From the NCBI GenBank assembly GCA_963823335.1, contig CAWGLD010000001.1, positions 1,568,001 to 1,632,000 of the forward strand: DNA of 64,000 nt, in the 5' to 3' direction. The notes under the pieces are model-generated. The model saw only the letters and a list, made by a program, of their open reading frames with translations. It was not told where the DNA came from and ran no database searches. Shown in pieces: positions 1 through 10,000 of the stretch (position 1 is its first letter; every line of letters begins with the position of its first letter). The translations under genes and the position numbers were made by a program. Source of the stretch: an uncultured delta proteobacterium. GTDB lineage: Bacteria; Desulfobacterota; Desulfobacteria; Desulfobacterales; B30-G6.

Positions 1-1
1 A

Positions 2-298
2 ACCCTCCGGCTCGATTTGAAAAAACGCCGGGTCAGCGTGAGGGGCCTGTCCGTGGATCTCACCCCCCATGAATACCGGCTGCTGGAGACGCTCATGACC
101 TCTCCAGGCCGGATCTACACGCGCGATGAACTCCTGGACCGGCTCTATCCCATGGGCGAGGCTATGGTTATCGATCGCGTGGTGGATGTTCACATTGGGA
201 AACTTCGTCAGAAAATTGAACCAAACCCACCGGATCCGCAATACATCTTAACCGTTCGGGGTGTCGGTTATCGATTTGCCGATCGCGTGACAACGTGA
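2..298 (+). CDS. OmpR-family response regulator, C-terminal winged-helix part (5' end outside window)
   Basis: LTPHEYRLL...RDELLDRL...RVVDVHIGKLRQKIE...ILTVRGVGYRF motif; overlaps the kinase start (GTGA). Confidence 0.9.
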   Translation, partial: TLRLDLKKRRVSVRGLSVDLTPHEYRLLETLMTSPGRIYTRDELLDRLYPMGEAMVIDRVVDVHIGKLRQKIEPNPPDPQYILTVRGVGYRFADRVTT

Positions 299-1392
299 AG
301 CGATATTTGATCCTCAAGCTTCTGGCCATCAATCTGGTGGTGATCGGTTTTGTCATGATTCTTGTCTGGGTGGCCATCGACACCCTGGCGGCCGGATATT
401 TCGTGACGCTCATGGAGAAATACAATATTTCTCCAAAGCCGGCCCATGCCATGTTCGTGGATGCTGTTCACCGATACCTTTTGTGGGCGTCCCTGGCAGC
501 GGTGATCCTGTCCGTCATTTTGAGTTATCTGATGATGCGCAGGGTCCTGGCTCCCCTGACCCAGATGAATGCGATTACCCGGGAAATTGCCGCCGGCAAC
601 TTTGCCCTCAGGGTGCCCGCTGACACGGAGGATGAAGTCGGCCAGCTGGCCCGGGCTTTCAACCGCATGTCAGAAAGTCTGAAAAAGATTGAAAACCTGC
701 GGCGCAACCTCATGATCGATGTGGCCCATGAGCTGAGAACGCCGCTTACAAATATCCGGGGCTATCTGGAAGCGCTGAACGACGGGGTTCTGCCACCATC
801 CTCCAAAACCTTTTCCATGCTGCAGGATGAAACATTGCGCATTGTCCAGCTTGTTGAAGATGTTCTTCAGCTGGCCAAAGCAGACGCCGCCCATGATAAT
901 TTGAGATTCGAAAACGTGGATGTGGGTGAGATGATCCGTGATATAGGCCATGCATACCACCACGTATTCGATGAAAGAGGTATTCATGTCCAGATGGACA
1001 TGCCTTCCGAGCCTGTGGTGGTGTCGGCAGACCGAAACCGTCTTGTGCGTGTTTTTCGCAACCTGGCTGACAATGTCGCCCGGTACACACCCCATGAGGG
1101 GAATGTCATGGTTCGCGTCGAGCCCGGTCCTGAGACGATCCGGATCTGTTACCAAAACCCTGCCGAAGGTTTGACCGCCAGTGACCTGCCGTATCTTTTC
1201 GAGCGGTTTTATCGCGGCGAAAAATCCCGCTCCCGACAGCATGGTGGTGCCGGGATCGGGCTTGCCATTGTCAAAGAACTGATCGAAGCTCACCAGGGCA
1301 CAGTCGATGCCGAACTCCAGGAAGACCACCTTTATATTTGCGTCGAACTGCCCCGCAAATCTCATCAAAAGGATGGGCGTCCCGCAGTATAA
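295..1392 (+). CDS. HAMP-domain sensor histidine kinase (BaeS-like)
   Basis: Two TM segments, HAMP (DEVGQLARAFN), H-box DVAHELRTPL, G-box GAGIGLAI. Confidence 0.9.
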   Translation: MKRYLILKLLAINLVVIGFVMILVWVAIDTLAAGYFVTLMEKYNISPKPAHAMFVDAVHRYLLWASLAAVILSVILSYLMMRRVLAPLTQMNAITREIAAGNFALRVPADTEDEVGQLARAFNRMSESLKKIENLRRNLMIDVAHELRTPLTNIRGYLEALNDGVLPPSSKTFSMLQDETLRIVQLVEDVLQLAKADAAHDNLRFENVDVGEMIRDIGHAYHHVFDERGIHVQMDMPSEPVVVSADRNRLVRVFRNLADNVARYTPHEGNVMVRVEPGPETIRICYQNPAEGLTASDLPYLFERFYRGEKSRSRQHGGAGIGLAIVKELIEAHQGTVDAELQEDHLYICVELPRKSHQKDGRPAV

Positions 1393-1411
1393 AATCGTTT
1401 CAACGATTTTA

Positions 1412-1465
1412 TTTACCAAATCTTTACATTTCCGTTACCTTTCCTTTACAACGCTGTCTTACCTT
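1412..1465 (+). promoter_or_regulatory. Tandem OmpR-type binding boxes and candidate -10 upstream of msrAB
   Basis: TTTAC/GTTAC at 1412, 1423, 1434, 1445 (11-bp period), then TACCTT at ~1460. Confidence 0.55.
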
Positions 1466-1475
1466 AAATCTCAGT

Positions 1476-1581
1476 AGCGATTGCCGATCTTAGCGCATCT
1501 ACGGTGTCAGATGCCATACCGCATAGTGCACTATAGCGGAACGGCATCTTCCTTGTAGCTGCTGCAACCTCGACAATCGCT
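1476..1581. repeat. ~105-bp long-hairpin repeat, copy 1 (copy 2 at 61305-61410)
   Basis: AGCGATTG...CAATCGCT termini with nested stems; colinear with 61305-61410. Confidence 0.8.
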
Positions 1582-1729
1582 CGATTGAGGTTATATAGCC
1601 GCTGTTTGACGTTATTTGCCGGAGCAGTTTCAGAGCGCTATAACCCCCCGGTTGATCGTTTCACATTTTGAGCGGTCTTGACATCAGCTATAGCCTGACA
1701 CAGCTTATGTAAAAGAAGGAGGAAACATC

Positions 1730-2887
1730 ATGAAAACATTACACCTTGCAATGATTGTCGCCGTAAGCATATTTGCTTTTTCCACTCCGATCATCAGCAT
1801 GGACAATGACATGCAAAAAAAAATGACGGGTGCGTCCGATTCCATGAATTCGGCAGTATTTGCCGGGGGTTGTTTCTGGTGCACGGAATCCGATTTTGAA
1901 AAGATCGAAGGGGTCATGGATGCAATCTCAGGATATACGGGCGGAAGCATGGAAAACCCAACCTACAAACAGGTCTCATCGGGAAGTACCCGTCATGTGG
2001 AAGCCGTGAAGGTGCTGTATGATCCGCAGAGAGTGACCTATGCAAAGCTGCTGGAAGTATTCTGGACCCATGTGAATCCCACCGATGCCGGCGGACAGTT
2101 TGTGGACCGTGGCAGTCAGTATGTCAGCGCCATCTTTTATGCCGACGAGACAGAGCGGCGTTTGGCGGAAAATTCAAAACAAAAACTCATGCAGACCGGT
2201 GTGTTCGCGGCACCCATCGTCACGAAAATTCTGCCTTTGGGTCCGTTTTATACAGCCGAAGACTACCACCAGAATTATTACAAAAAGAACCCCCTGCGGT
2301 ATAAATGGTATCGGTCGGGATCCGGCAGGGATACATTTTTAAAGGAAACATGGACGGAGGCAAGCTTTCATTTTGACGCTACCATGGAAAACGCCTCCAT
2401 GGGCTCAATGGATTCAAAAGGCATGACACCCGAGGCCATGCTGCCCGTGGTGTATACCATTCCCGACGAAGAAGAGATTCAGCGCCGGTTGACACCCCTG
2501 CAATATCGGGTGACGCGTAAGAACGGCACCGAGCCCCCTTTTCAAAATACCTACTGGAATAATCATGACGCGGGCATTTATGTGGACATCGTTTCAGGCG
2601 AGCCTCTTTTCAGTTCCCTGGACAAATACGAATCGAAAACCGGCTGGCCCAGTTTTGTCCGGCCCCTGGCAGCGGAGAATATTGTAGAGGAGGTTGACCG
2701 CAGTTTTTTCATGGTCAGAACAGAGGTGCGCAGCAAACATGCGGACTCGCACCTGGGGCATCTTTTTGACGATGGCCCCCAGCCGACGGGTCTGCGCTAT
2801 TGCATTAATTCGGCTGCCCTTCGGTTTATTTCCGTGGTTGACATGGAAAGGGAGGGGTATGGGGCTTATCTCAATCAGTTTAAATAG
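1730..2887 (+). CDS. msrAB: Peptide methionine sulfoxide reductase MsrA/MsrB fusion, probable signal peptide
   Basis: GGCFWC and AEDYHQNY (MsrA); [28 protein letters not shown] (MsrB); RBS GGAGG. Confidence 0.95.
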   Translation: MKTLHLAMIVAVSIFAFSTPIISMDNDMQKKMTGASDSMNSAVFAGGCFWCTESDFEKIEGVMDAISGYTGGSMENPTYKQVSSGSTRHVEAVKVLYDPQRVTYAKLLEVFWTHVNPTDAGGQFVDRGSQYVSAIFYADETERRLAENSKQKLMQTGVFAAPIVTKILPLGPFYTAEDYHQNYYKKNPLRYKWYRSGSGRDTFLKETWTEASFHFDATMENASMGSMDSKGMTPEAMLPVVYTIPDEEEIQRRLTPLQYRVTRKNGTEPPFQNTYWNNHDAGIYVDIVSGEPLFSSLDKYESKTGWPSFVRPLAAENIVEEVDRSFFMVRTEVRSKHADSHLGHLFDDGPQPTGLRYCINSAALRFISVVDMEREGYGAYLNQFK

Positions 2888-2985
2888 AAATTGGCTGTGT
2901 GATGGCGGGCTATACCACTCAGCCACACTCTTATCTTGACGATCTTACAAATATTCCATACATCATGTTTATGGTTAACACTAAG

Positions 2986-4503
2986 ATGTCAAAAAGCATC
3001 ACTGATCTATATCAACCCGTCATCCAGCTTACCAAAGGGATTATTCTCATCCTTGACCAAGATGGGACGATCATCAGTTTTAATGATTTTTTGGTCTCAA
3101 CCACCGGGTATTCATATTCAGAGCTCACCCATAAAAATTGGTTTGATCTGCTCCTGCTGGAAAAGGAAAAGGACGCTGCAAAACGATACTTTCGGCGCTT
3201 TCTTCTTGGAGGCAAGTCGGCGGAAAAAATTGTCACCAGGATAATTACCCGTTCAGGCAGCGAGCTCTTTGTCGAATGGCTCCACAAGCGACTTGAGGAT
3301 GAATCCACTGGAGATGTCATCGGGTTGCTGGCAGTCGGTCAGGATGTATCGGAGCGCGTCATACAAGAAAAGCAGCTCTTGAATGAAAGAAATCAACTGA
3401 TCGAAAGAAACAAAGAGCTTACCTGTCTCTATAGCATGACAAAGATTGTGGAACAAAATCAACCTCTCCCCCATATGCTGGAATCCATTGCCGCTATAAT
3501 TCCTCCGGCATTTCAATACCCGGCGATCACTACGGCAATTATCCGACTGGACCAGCACTCCTATGGTGGTAGGGAAACGGCAATAGATGGTCCTGCTCTA
3601 ACCGAAAGCCTTGTTATCCAGAAGATTCCCCGGGGAAACATCGAGGTGCGTTGTGTACCTCCCATAAATGACCACACAGCGAGCAAGAATCCCTTTCTTG
3701 ATGAAGAACATGCTCTTCTAAGAACCATCGCTCACCATCTTGCACTGGCCGTCGAGAAAAAGGAATCAGTCGATCATAAAGCAGAGATCGAAAACCAGCT
3801 GCGGCATTCAGATCGACTGGCAAAAATCGGTCAGCTGACTGCTGGTGTGGCTCACGAGCTGAATGAGCCCCTTGGAAATATCCTTGGTTTTGCCCAGCTA
3901 TCGTCAAAGATCACAGGCCTTCCAGGTCAAGTTTCAGGTGATCTTAAAAATATCGTAAGGGCGGCATTGCATGCCAGGGAAATTATTAAAAAGCTGATGT
4001 TTTTCAGTCGTCAGACCCCGCCACGGGAAACCCTTGTGAACCTGAATCGTCTGATTGAAGACGGTATGTATCTGTTTGAATCACGATGTGCTAAAAATGG
4101 AATAACGGTGACAAAAAAACTCTGCCGGGATTTGCCGGCCATCAAAGCCGATTTCTCCCAGCTGCAACAGGTATTTACCAACCTGGTTGTCAATGCGCTT
4201 CAGGCCATGCTCCAAGAGGGTCGTCTGAATATTGAGACCTCGTTTGATGAGACCCACGTTTACCTGTTGGTAAAGGACTCCGGTATCGGTATGACACAAG
4301 AGACGTTAAAACAAATATTTGTGCCATTTTTTACAACCAAGGATATCAATCAGGGAACCGGTCTGGGGCTGTCTGTGGTTCACGGCATTGTTAAGTCTCA
4401 TGAGGGCAGTATTGACGTGCAGAGCCGCATCGACCAAGGTACCAGTTTCAGAATCAAATTTCCGCTGATGCGTTTGACCAAGGGGAAAAAAAATGAAGCA
4501 TAA
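2986..4503 (+). CDS. PAS-domain sensor histidine kinase (start uncertain, 2965-2986)
   Basis: PAS domain; GVAHELNEPL; QVFTNLVVNA; PFFTTK; GTGLGL; candidate promoter TTGACG-N17-TACATC at 2936 favours a start later than 2899. Confidence 0.85.
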   Translation: MSKSITDLYQPVIQLTKGIILILDQDGTIISFNDFLVSTTGYSYSELTHKNWFDLLLLEKEKDAAKRYFRRFLLGGKSAEKIVTRIITRSGSELFVEWLHKRLEDESTGDVIGLLAVGQDVSERVIQEKQLLNERNQLIERNKELTCLYSMTKIVEQNQPLPHMLESIAAIIPPAFQYPAITTAIIRLDQHSYGGRETAIDGPALTESLVIQKIPRGNIEVRCVPPINDHTASKNPFLDEEHALLRTIAHHLALAVEKKESVDHKAEIENQLRHSDRLAKIGQLTAGVAHELNEPLGNILGFAQLSSKITGLPGQVSGDLKNIVRAALHAREIIKKLMFFSRQTPPRETLVNLNRLIEDGMYLFESRCAKNGITVTKKLCRDLPAIKADFSQLQQVFTNLVVNALQAMLQEGRLNIETSFDETHVYLLVKDSGIGMTQETLKQIFVPFFTTKDINQGTGLGLSVVHGIVKSHEGSIDVQSRIDQGTSFRIKFPLMRLTKGKKNEA

Positions 4504-5851
4504 AAATGAGAAACATGCCGGATCCAAGATTCTGGTTGTCGATGATTCAGTGTTCACCTTGGAGGTTGTCCAAAGAAATCTCGAGGCGGGCGGCTATGAA
4601 GTCTTCACCGCAGCAGGTGTGGAACCGGCGATTACCTTCCTGGAGCAAAATGTGGTGGATCTGGTCATCACCGACATAAAAATGCCTAAAATCAGCGGCT
4701 TGGAGTTGCTTAAATATGTGAAAGAGAATGTAAAAGGAACGGAAATAATGATCATCACCGGCTACCCGTCCATTCAAGGCGCGGTGGAAGCGGTTAAAGA
4801 TGGTGCTGAAAATTATCTGGTGAAACCTTTTACGGATGAAGAGTTATTATCGGCTGTTTCCAAGATGCTCGAAAAGCTGGCAAACCGTCGTGCTATTGAA
4901 ACGAAACCAATGTTTGGCAGTCACCACATTATTGGAAATTCCCCGGGTATGCAGCACGTATACCGGCTCATTGAAAAAGCCGGCCAAACGAAGGTTAACG
5001 TGTTAATCACCGGAGAAAGTGGTACGGGGAAGGAATTGGTGGCACGTGCTATCCATTACAGCAGTAAATCTGTTTCCGGACCTTTCGTGACCATCAACTG
5101 TACAGCCATTCCGGATACCCTCCTTGAAAGTGAGCTCTTCGGTCATGTCAAAGGCGCCTTTACCGGTGCGCAAGCTTCCCGGGCCGGCTTTTTCCAGATT
5201 GCTGACGGGGGGACACTTTTTCTAGATGAAATCGGGGATGCCAGTCTGAATATGCAGGGGAAATTACTGCGGGCTATTCAGAACAAGGAAATTTTCATGG
5301 TGGGGTCCAGCCGTGTTCAAAAAGTTGACACACGAATCCTGGCGGCTACCAATATGGATCTTAACCATCTCGTCCAAAAGGGTCTCTTCCGGGAAGATCT
5401 TTATTTTCGACTGAACATTATTGAAATTTCAATACCGCCTCTCTGCGAACGTGGTGATGACATTCTGCCACTGGTTCAGCTGTTTATGGAAAAACTTTCC
5501 AAAGATATGAATCGCCCGGCGCCCCGTCTCTCTGACAAGGTTCTTCAGATTTTTAAAAATTACCGCTGGCAGGGCAATGTCCGGGAGCTTGAAAATCTGG
5601 TTCAACGACTGGTGGTGCTGGCCGAGACCGATGTAATTGATGTTGTGGATTTGCCCGAACAGATGCGCTTCAACATCAAAAAAGGCAAGGGTCTCAACCG
5701 GACCTTGATGGAAGTTGAGGCGGAATATATTTTAAATGTGCTTAAAAGTGTGAAAAACAATAAAACCCGGGCAGCCGAGATCCTGGGAATCGACCGAAAA
5801 ACGCTGCGGGCAAAAATTCAGAAAACGAACCTGTCAGGCAATATCGAGTAA
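4493..5851 (+). CDS. Sigma-54-dependent response regulator (REC-AAA+-Fis HTH)
   Basis: GESGTGKE, GAFTGA, LFLDEIG, GNVRELEN, AAEILGIDRKTL. Confidence 0.95.
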   Translation: MKHKNEKHAGSKILVVDDSVFTLEVVQRNLEAGGYEVFTAAGVEPAITFLEQNVVDLVITDIKMPKISGLELLKYVKENVKGTEIMIITGYPSIQGAVEAVKDGAENYLVKPFTDEELLSAVSKMLEKLANRRAIETKPMFGSHHIIGNSPGMQHVYRLIEKAGQTKVNVLITGESGTGKELVARAIHYSSKSVSGPFVTINCTAIPDTLLESELFGHVKGAFTGAQASRAGFFQIADGGTLFLDEIGDASLNMQGKLLRAIQNKEIFMVGSSRVQKVDTRILAATNMDLNHLVQKGLFREDLYFRLNIIEISIPPLCERGDDILPLVQLFMEKLSKDMNRPAPRLSDKVLQIFKNYRWQGNVRELENLVQRLVVLAETDVIDVVDLPEQMRFNIKKGKGLNRTLMEVEAEYILNVLKSVKNNKTRAAEILGIDRKTLRAKIQKTNLSGNIE

Positions 5852-5951
5852 TTTTATCCCACCGGGGTATTCTTCCCCGGTTTTCTGCCTTCCTCATTGA
5901 CGCTTTCCAACGGCGTGTCAGCTCCATTTCACCTCCGTTACTAAAATATAT

Positions 5952-6235
5952 CTATAGCCGTTGCCGTTATCATACGTATGTTCCGTTTGGCTTTTAGCTG
6001 ACGCTTCGGCGGGTGACGGCAAACAGCCGGTCGCCTGCCTGAAGCAAATTAGGGGTCGTTAGAAAGACCAGAGGGCTGGATTGAATTTATAGTAATCAAG
6101 GGCAGGTAAGCCTATAAACGCATCTTGATATTTTGGCACTGGTGTTTCTTGCGAACGCTTATTTGCAAGTTCGAGCGGTTGTTTGACGTTATTTGCCGAA
6201 GCAGTTTCGGAACGTTATTCTGACAAAGAGTATAA
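5952..6235. mobile_element. Non-coding MITE-like element with imperfect terminal inverted repeats
   Basis: Left TATAGCC..TTATCATACGTATGTTCCG, right CGGAACGTTATTCTGACAAAGAGTATAA; same end family as 58024-58174. Confidence 0.55.
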
Positions 6236-6300
6236 TTGGAGTTTAAGGTATTTCTTTTTAGTACTTAACGTATCGTCGTTTTCCAACCTTCTCTTAATTC

Positions 6301-6316
6301 TGGCATGCGGATTGCT
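6301..6316 (+). promoter_or_regulatory. Sigma-54 (-24/-12) promoter
   Basis: TGGCAT-GCGGA-TTGCT matches TGGCAY-N5-TTGC, downstream of a sigma-54 activator gene. Confidence 0.8.
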
Positions 6317-6379
6317 CTATCAACGTGCAGCAATCACGCATTTTTTTTAAAACAAACCTAAAAATAAAGGAGAAAACAA

Positions 6380-6691
6380 ATGCAAACCCAATCTCAACCT
6401 ACGAGGATTTGTCAATCCTGTATTTATGAATCTGAATGTGGTCACTGCCAACTCAGCCAAAACACGGGCAAACCAATTTGGTTTTGTGAAGATTTTGACA
6501 GTGGAATTTTTCTGCAGTCGGTTGTAAACCAGAAGATTAATTCCCATGAACGGTCGACCCCATCTTCCAACCCCGGTACTGAGCTGATTTCAGGAAGGAT
6601 GACAGGCTTGTGTATCAGCTGTGCCGACCGAGTTTCATGTATGTTCCCGATCATAGAGGGGGGCGTTTGGCATTGTGAAGAATACTGTTAG
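6380..6691 (+). CDS. Small Cys-rich hypothetical protein with a duplicated four-Cys motif
   Basis: RBS AAGGAG; two copies of CxxC-x5-C...W-x-CE[DE][FY]. Confidence 0.75.
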   Translation: MQTQSQPTRICQSCIYESECGHCQLSQNTGKPIWFCEDFDSGIFLQSVVNQKINSHERSTPSSNPGTELISGRMTGLCISCADRVSCMFPIIEGGVWHCEEYC

Positions 6692-6752
6692 AAGCCATCT
6701 AAAAAAAACTTTTTTGAGATAGCTTCTGGATGCAGACAAACAATAGGAGAAT

Positions 6753-8132
6753 ATGACAATGTACAATACCGCAATAAAAATCAGCGAAAATTCAAGCTCT
6801 TACATACAAAATATATCACAAATGATAAAAAGAAAATACCCTTGGGAAAGAGAGTATATTCAGGCTGTCGATGAGATTCTTTCTTCCTTGAGTCTGGTGT
6901 TTGATCAGGAACCCCTCTATCAGCACGAGCGTATCCTGGAAAGGATAGTCGAACCCGAGCGGATCGTCATTTTCCGGGTGCCTTGGCGAGATGATACCGG
7001 TACCATTCAGGTGAACACCGGGTATCGGATAGGGTTTAACAGCGCACTCGGACCCTACAAAGGCGGCTTGCGCTTTCACGCTTCGGTGACACTGAGCATA
7101 TTGAAATTTCTCGGTTTTGAGCAGGTGTTTAAAAATGCCCTGACCGGTTTGCCTCTGGGTGGCGGGAAAGGCGGCAGCGATTTCAGTCCCCGTGGTAAAA
7201 CCGATGTTGAAATCGAAAAATTCTGTCAGAGCTTTATGGTTGGGCTGTACCAGCATATTGGTCCCAATACCGATGTGCCTGCTGGTGATATCGGTGTAGG
7301 GGCCCGGGAAATAGGATACTTGTTTGGTCATTATAAACGGATTAAAAATGTATTTGAAGGCGTGTTGACCGGAAAAGGCGTCGACTGGGGTGGTTCTGTT
7401 ATTCGACCGGAAGCCACAGGATACGGTGCCGTATATTTTGCAGAAGAAATGCTGAAGACGCGCAAAGAAAACATGGAAGGTAAAAGAGTGGCAGTCTCAG
7501 GATTTGGAAATGTCGCCTGGGGTGTCGTCAAAAAAATTACGGGATTGGGAGCCAAGGTCATCACGCTTTCCGGTCCGGACGGGTTTATCTATGACAAAGA
7601 TGGTGTCCAGGGTGAAAAGATCGATTATCTGTTGACAATGCGTTCCAGCGGCCGCGACCGGGTGCAGGACTATTCCGATAAGTTTAAGGTTGATTTTTTC
7701 CCGGGCAAACGCCCCTGGGATGTCGACTGCGATATCGCCTTTCCTGCTGCTTGTGAAAATGAGATGGATGTCCAGGATGCCAAGGCTCTTGTCCGCAATG
7801 GGTGCATGTGCGTTACCGAGTGCGCCAATATGCCATTGACCCCGGAGGCTATCGCATTCTTAATTGAAAACAACATTCTCTACTCTCCCGGAAAAGCATC
7901 CAATGCCGGTGGTGTTTCCTGTTCCGGATTTGAAATGGCGCAAAACAGCACCAAAATAAAGTGGACAGAGGAAGAAGTCGATCAAAGATTGCGGCAAGTG
8001 ATGACCGACATCCACCGGAACTGCCTGCAGGCGGCTGAAAGGTATGGCGAGCCAGGCAATTATTTCTCCGGGGCAAATATTGCGGGATTTTTGAAAGTGG
8101 CAAATGCGATGATCGACCAGGGCAACACGTGA
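6753..8132 (+). CDS. gdhA: Glutamate dehydrogenase (NADP-specific GdhA type)
   Basis: GPYKGGLRFH, GGGKGG, DVPAGDIG, RPEATGYG, GFGNV, NAGGV. Confidence 0.95.
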   Translation: MTMYNTAIKISENSSSYIQNISQMIKRKYPWEREYIQAVDEILSSLSLVFDQEPLYQHERILERIVEPERIVIFRVPWRDDTGTIQVNTGYRIGFNSALGPYKGGLRFHASVTLSILKFLGFEQVFKNALTGLPLGGGKGGSDFSPRGKTDVEIEKFCQSFMVGLYQHIGPNTDVPAGDIGVGAREIGYLFGHYKRIKNVFEGVLTGKGVDWGGSVIRPEATGYGAVYFAEEMLKTRKENMEGKRVAVSGFGNVAWGVVKKITGLGAKVITLSGPDGFIYDKDGVQGEKIDYLLTMRSSGRDRVQDYSDKFKVDFFPGKRPWDVDCDIAFPAACENEMDVQDAKALVRNGCMCVTECANMPLTPEAIAFLIENNILYSPGKASNAGGVSCSGFEMAQNSTKIKWTEEEVDQRLRQVMTDIHRNCLQAAERYGEPGNYFSGANIAGFLKVANAMIDQGNT

Positions 8133-8218
8133 TCTTAATACATGAACCATCGGATTTTTGGCAGAAACCCGGTCACTTTTAACATTGACAATGGCCAGGC
8201 TAAGTGCCAAAAGCCCCT

Positions 8219-9400
8219 ATGGCAAATCCTAAATCAAGAACCCATTGGAAAATTATCATCGCCCTCAGTCTGGTGCATTTCAGTGGGGATTTCTACAGTT
8301 CTTTCATCAACCCGCTGTTTCCCGTGTTTATGGACAGGATGGGGCTGAGTCTGACCCAGGTGGGTCTTCTGGCCGGGGTTTCCCGTTTCTTGATGTTCAT
8401 TGTACAGCCCATGTCCGGCTATTGGTCGGATCGCCATCCCTCGCGCAGTTTTCTTTTGATCGGGTTGCTCATGCCTATCCTTTTCATTCCTTTGACGGGA
8501 ATGACAACCGGTTTTTACAGTTTGCTTTTGTGTATTGTCATCGGCTCTACAGGGTCTTCCCTGTTTCATCCGCCGGTCACGGGTATGGTGCCCGTGTATG
8601 CCGGTGGAAAACTCGGACTGGCCATGTCCATTTATAACACCGCCGGCACCCTGGCTTTTGGGGTGGGGCCCATCTTTATCACGTTGTACGTGGCCCGGTT
8701 CGGTCTTGGCGCGATGCCGGCGACCATGGTCATGGGCCTTATAATCTGGATGTATTTCTATCGGGTCATTCCCAAACCCCAGGGAAACGACATGGCCCAA
8801 TATGGCTTTCTGGAGACCCTCAGACAGACCCTGGGCAGTGTCTGGCAGCCGATCCTGTTGATCTGGATTGCAATGGTTTTGCGATCGGTGGTGGGTCAGT
8901 CCCTGATGACCTTCATGCCGGTGATCTGGGTGCAGAAAGGACATAGCATCGTTTCCGCCGGTATTCTCTTTTCCATCTTTACCATTTCAGGGACGGCGGC
9001 CGGCATCCTCTGTGGTCATCTTTCGGACCGTATGGGATACAAACGCCTGTTGTGGATTACCCACGGTCTCATGACGCCCTTTCTACTCCTGTTTTTGCTG
9101 GTTCCCGGCAACTGGATTTATCCGGCCACGATATTGGCCGGCGGATTCAATATGGCGTCACTGCCCCTTGGTGTGGTGATGGCCCAGAAAATCGCCCCCA
9201 GGGGCCGCTCCATGGTCGCCAGTCTGATGATGGGCCTGGCCTTTGGAATCGGTGGGGTTCTTTCCCCCATCGTCGGTAAGTTGGGTGACATCTTTTCCAT
9301 TCATAGTGTACTCCTGATTATTGTCTGCATTCCCCTTATTTCTCTGATTCCAATTTATTTTATTCCTGAGGTAGGGAATTACACGGATCAACAATCCTAA
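8219..9400 (+). CDS. MFS transporter (Fsr-like)
   Basis: Many TM helices; HFSGDFY, GYWSDR, SLFHPP; ATG at 8219. Confidence 0.85.
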   Translation: MANPKSRTHWKIIIALSLVHFSGDFYSSFINPLFPVFMDRMGLSLTQVGLLAGVSRFLMFIVQPMSGYWSDRHPSRSFLLIGLLMPILFIPLTGMTTGFYSLLLCIVIGSTGSSLFHPPVTGMVPVYAGGKLGLAMSIYNTAGTLAFGVGPIFITLYVARFGLGAMPATMVMGLIIWMYFYRVIPKPQGNDMAQYGFLETLRQTLGSVWQPILLIWIAMVLRSVVGQSLMTFMPVIWVQKGHSIVSAGILFSIFTISGTAAGILCGHLSDRMGYKRLLWITHGLMTPFLLLFLLVPGNWIYPATILAGGFNMASLPLGVVMAQKIAPRGRSMVASLMMGLAFGIGGVLSPIVGKLGDIFSIHSVLLIIVCIPLISLIPIYFIPEVGNYTDQQS

Positions 9401-9661
9401 CACGCCACATCAACAGTCGGCACTATGCCAAAAAAAAGCTTTCGATTTTCAGATTAGTAGCCCAAAAACGTCATTACGTGTACTAACTTTTTGTCCAGTT
9501 TAAATTCACTAAAAATGATCCTCATATAGCCCATAAGCATCTTTAAAGGTCTATGTGCGGACCAAAATCTTCTTGACAAGCTGGTAAATATTTAATATCT
9601 CTGGTTCACATAAAGATCATAAGCCCGATTTATGGCTTATATACAAACCAAAAGGAAAACT

Positions 9662-10000
9662 ATGCCAAGGTCCATTATACGCACCTACTCACGCTATAAC
9701 CGTGATGCGGCTGCCTTGCTCGGCTCGTTGATCCGCGAAGCACGACATGAGCGCAAACTAACGACTCAGGAATTGTCCAACCGCGCTGGTATTTCCAGAG
9801 GACTGCTGCAACGCATCGAAAAAGGCAATCTTAAGTGCGAAATCGGAGCCGTGTTCGAGGTGGCAACCATCGTTGGCGTCAAGCTGTTTGATGCCGATGA
9901 AAGTACGTTGACGAAATACATACGGCAAACCAAGGAAAAGCTGACACTCCTGCCAAAGTCTGTTCGAAATAAATCCAAAGTGGTGCGCGATGATTTCTAA
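9662..10000 (+). CDS. XRE-family HTH antitoxin (HipB-like)
   Basis: IREARHERKLTTQELSNRAGISRGLLQRIEKG; overlaps the hipA-like gene. Confidence 0.8.
   Translation: MPRSIIRTYSRYNRDAAALLGSLIREARHERKLTTQELSNRAGISRGLLQRIEKGNLKCEIGAVFEVATIVGVKLFDADESTLTKYIRQTKEKLTLLPKSVRNKSKVVRDDF

Noticed and set aside
6010-6085. GGCAAAC..GCAAA resembling a c-di-GMP-I riboswitch
   Set aside because: No GAAA-capped P2 stem or tetraloop receptor; lies within the MITE-like element
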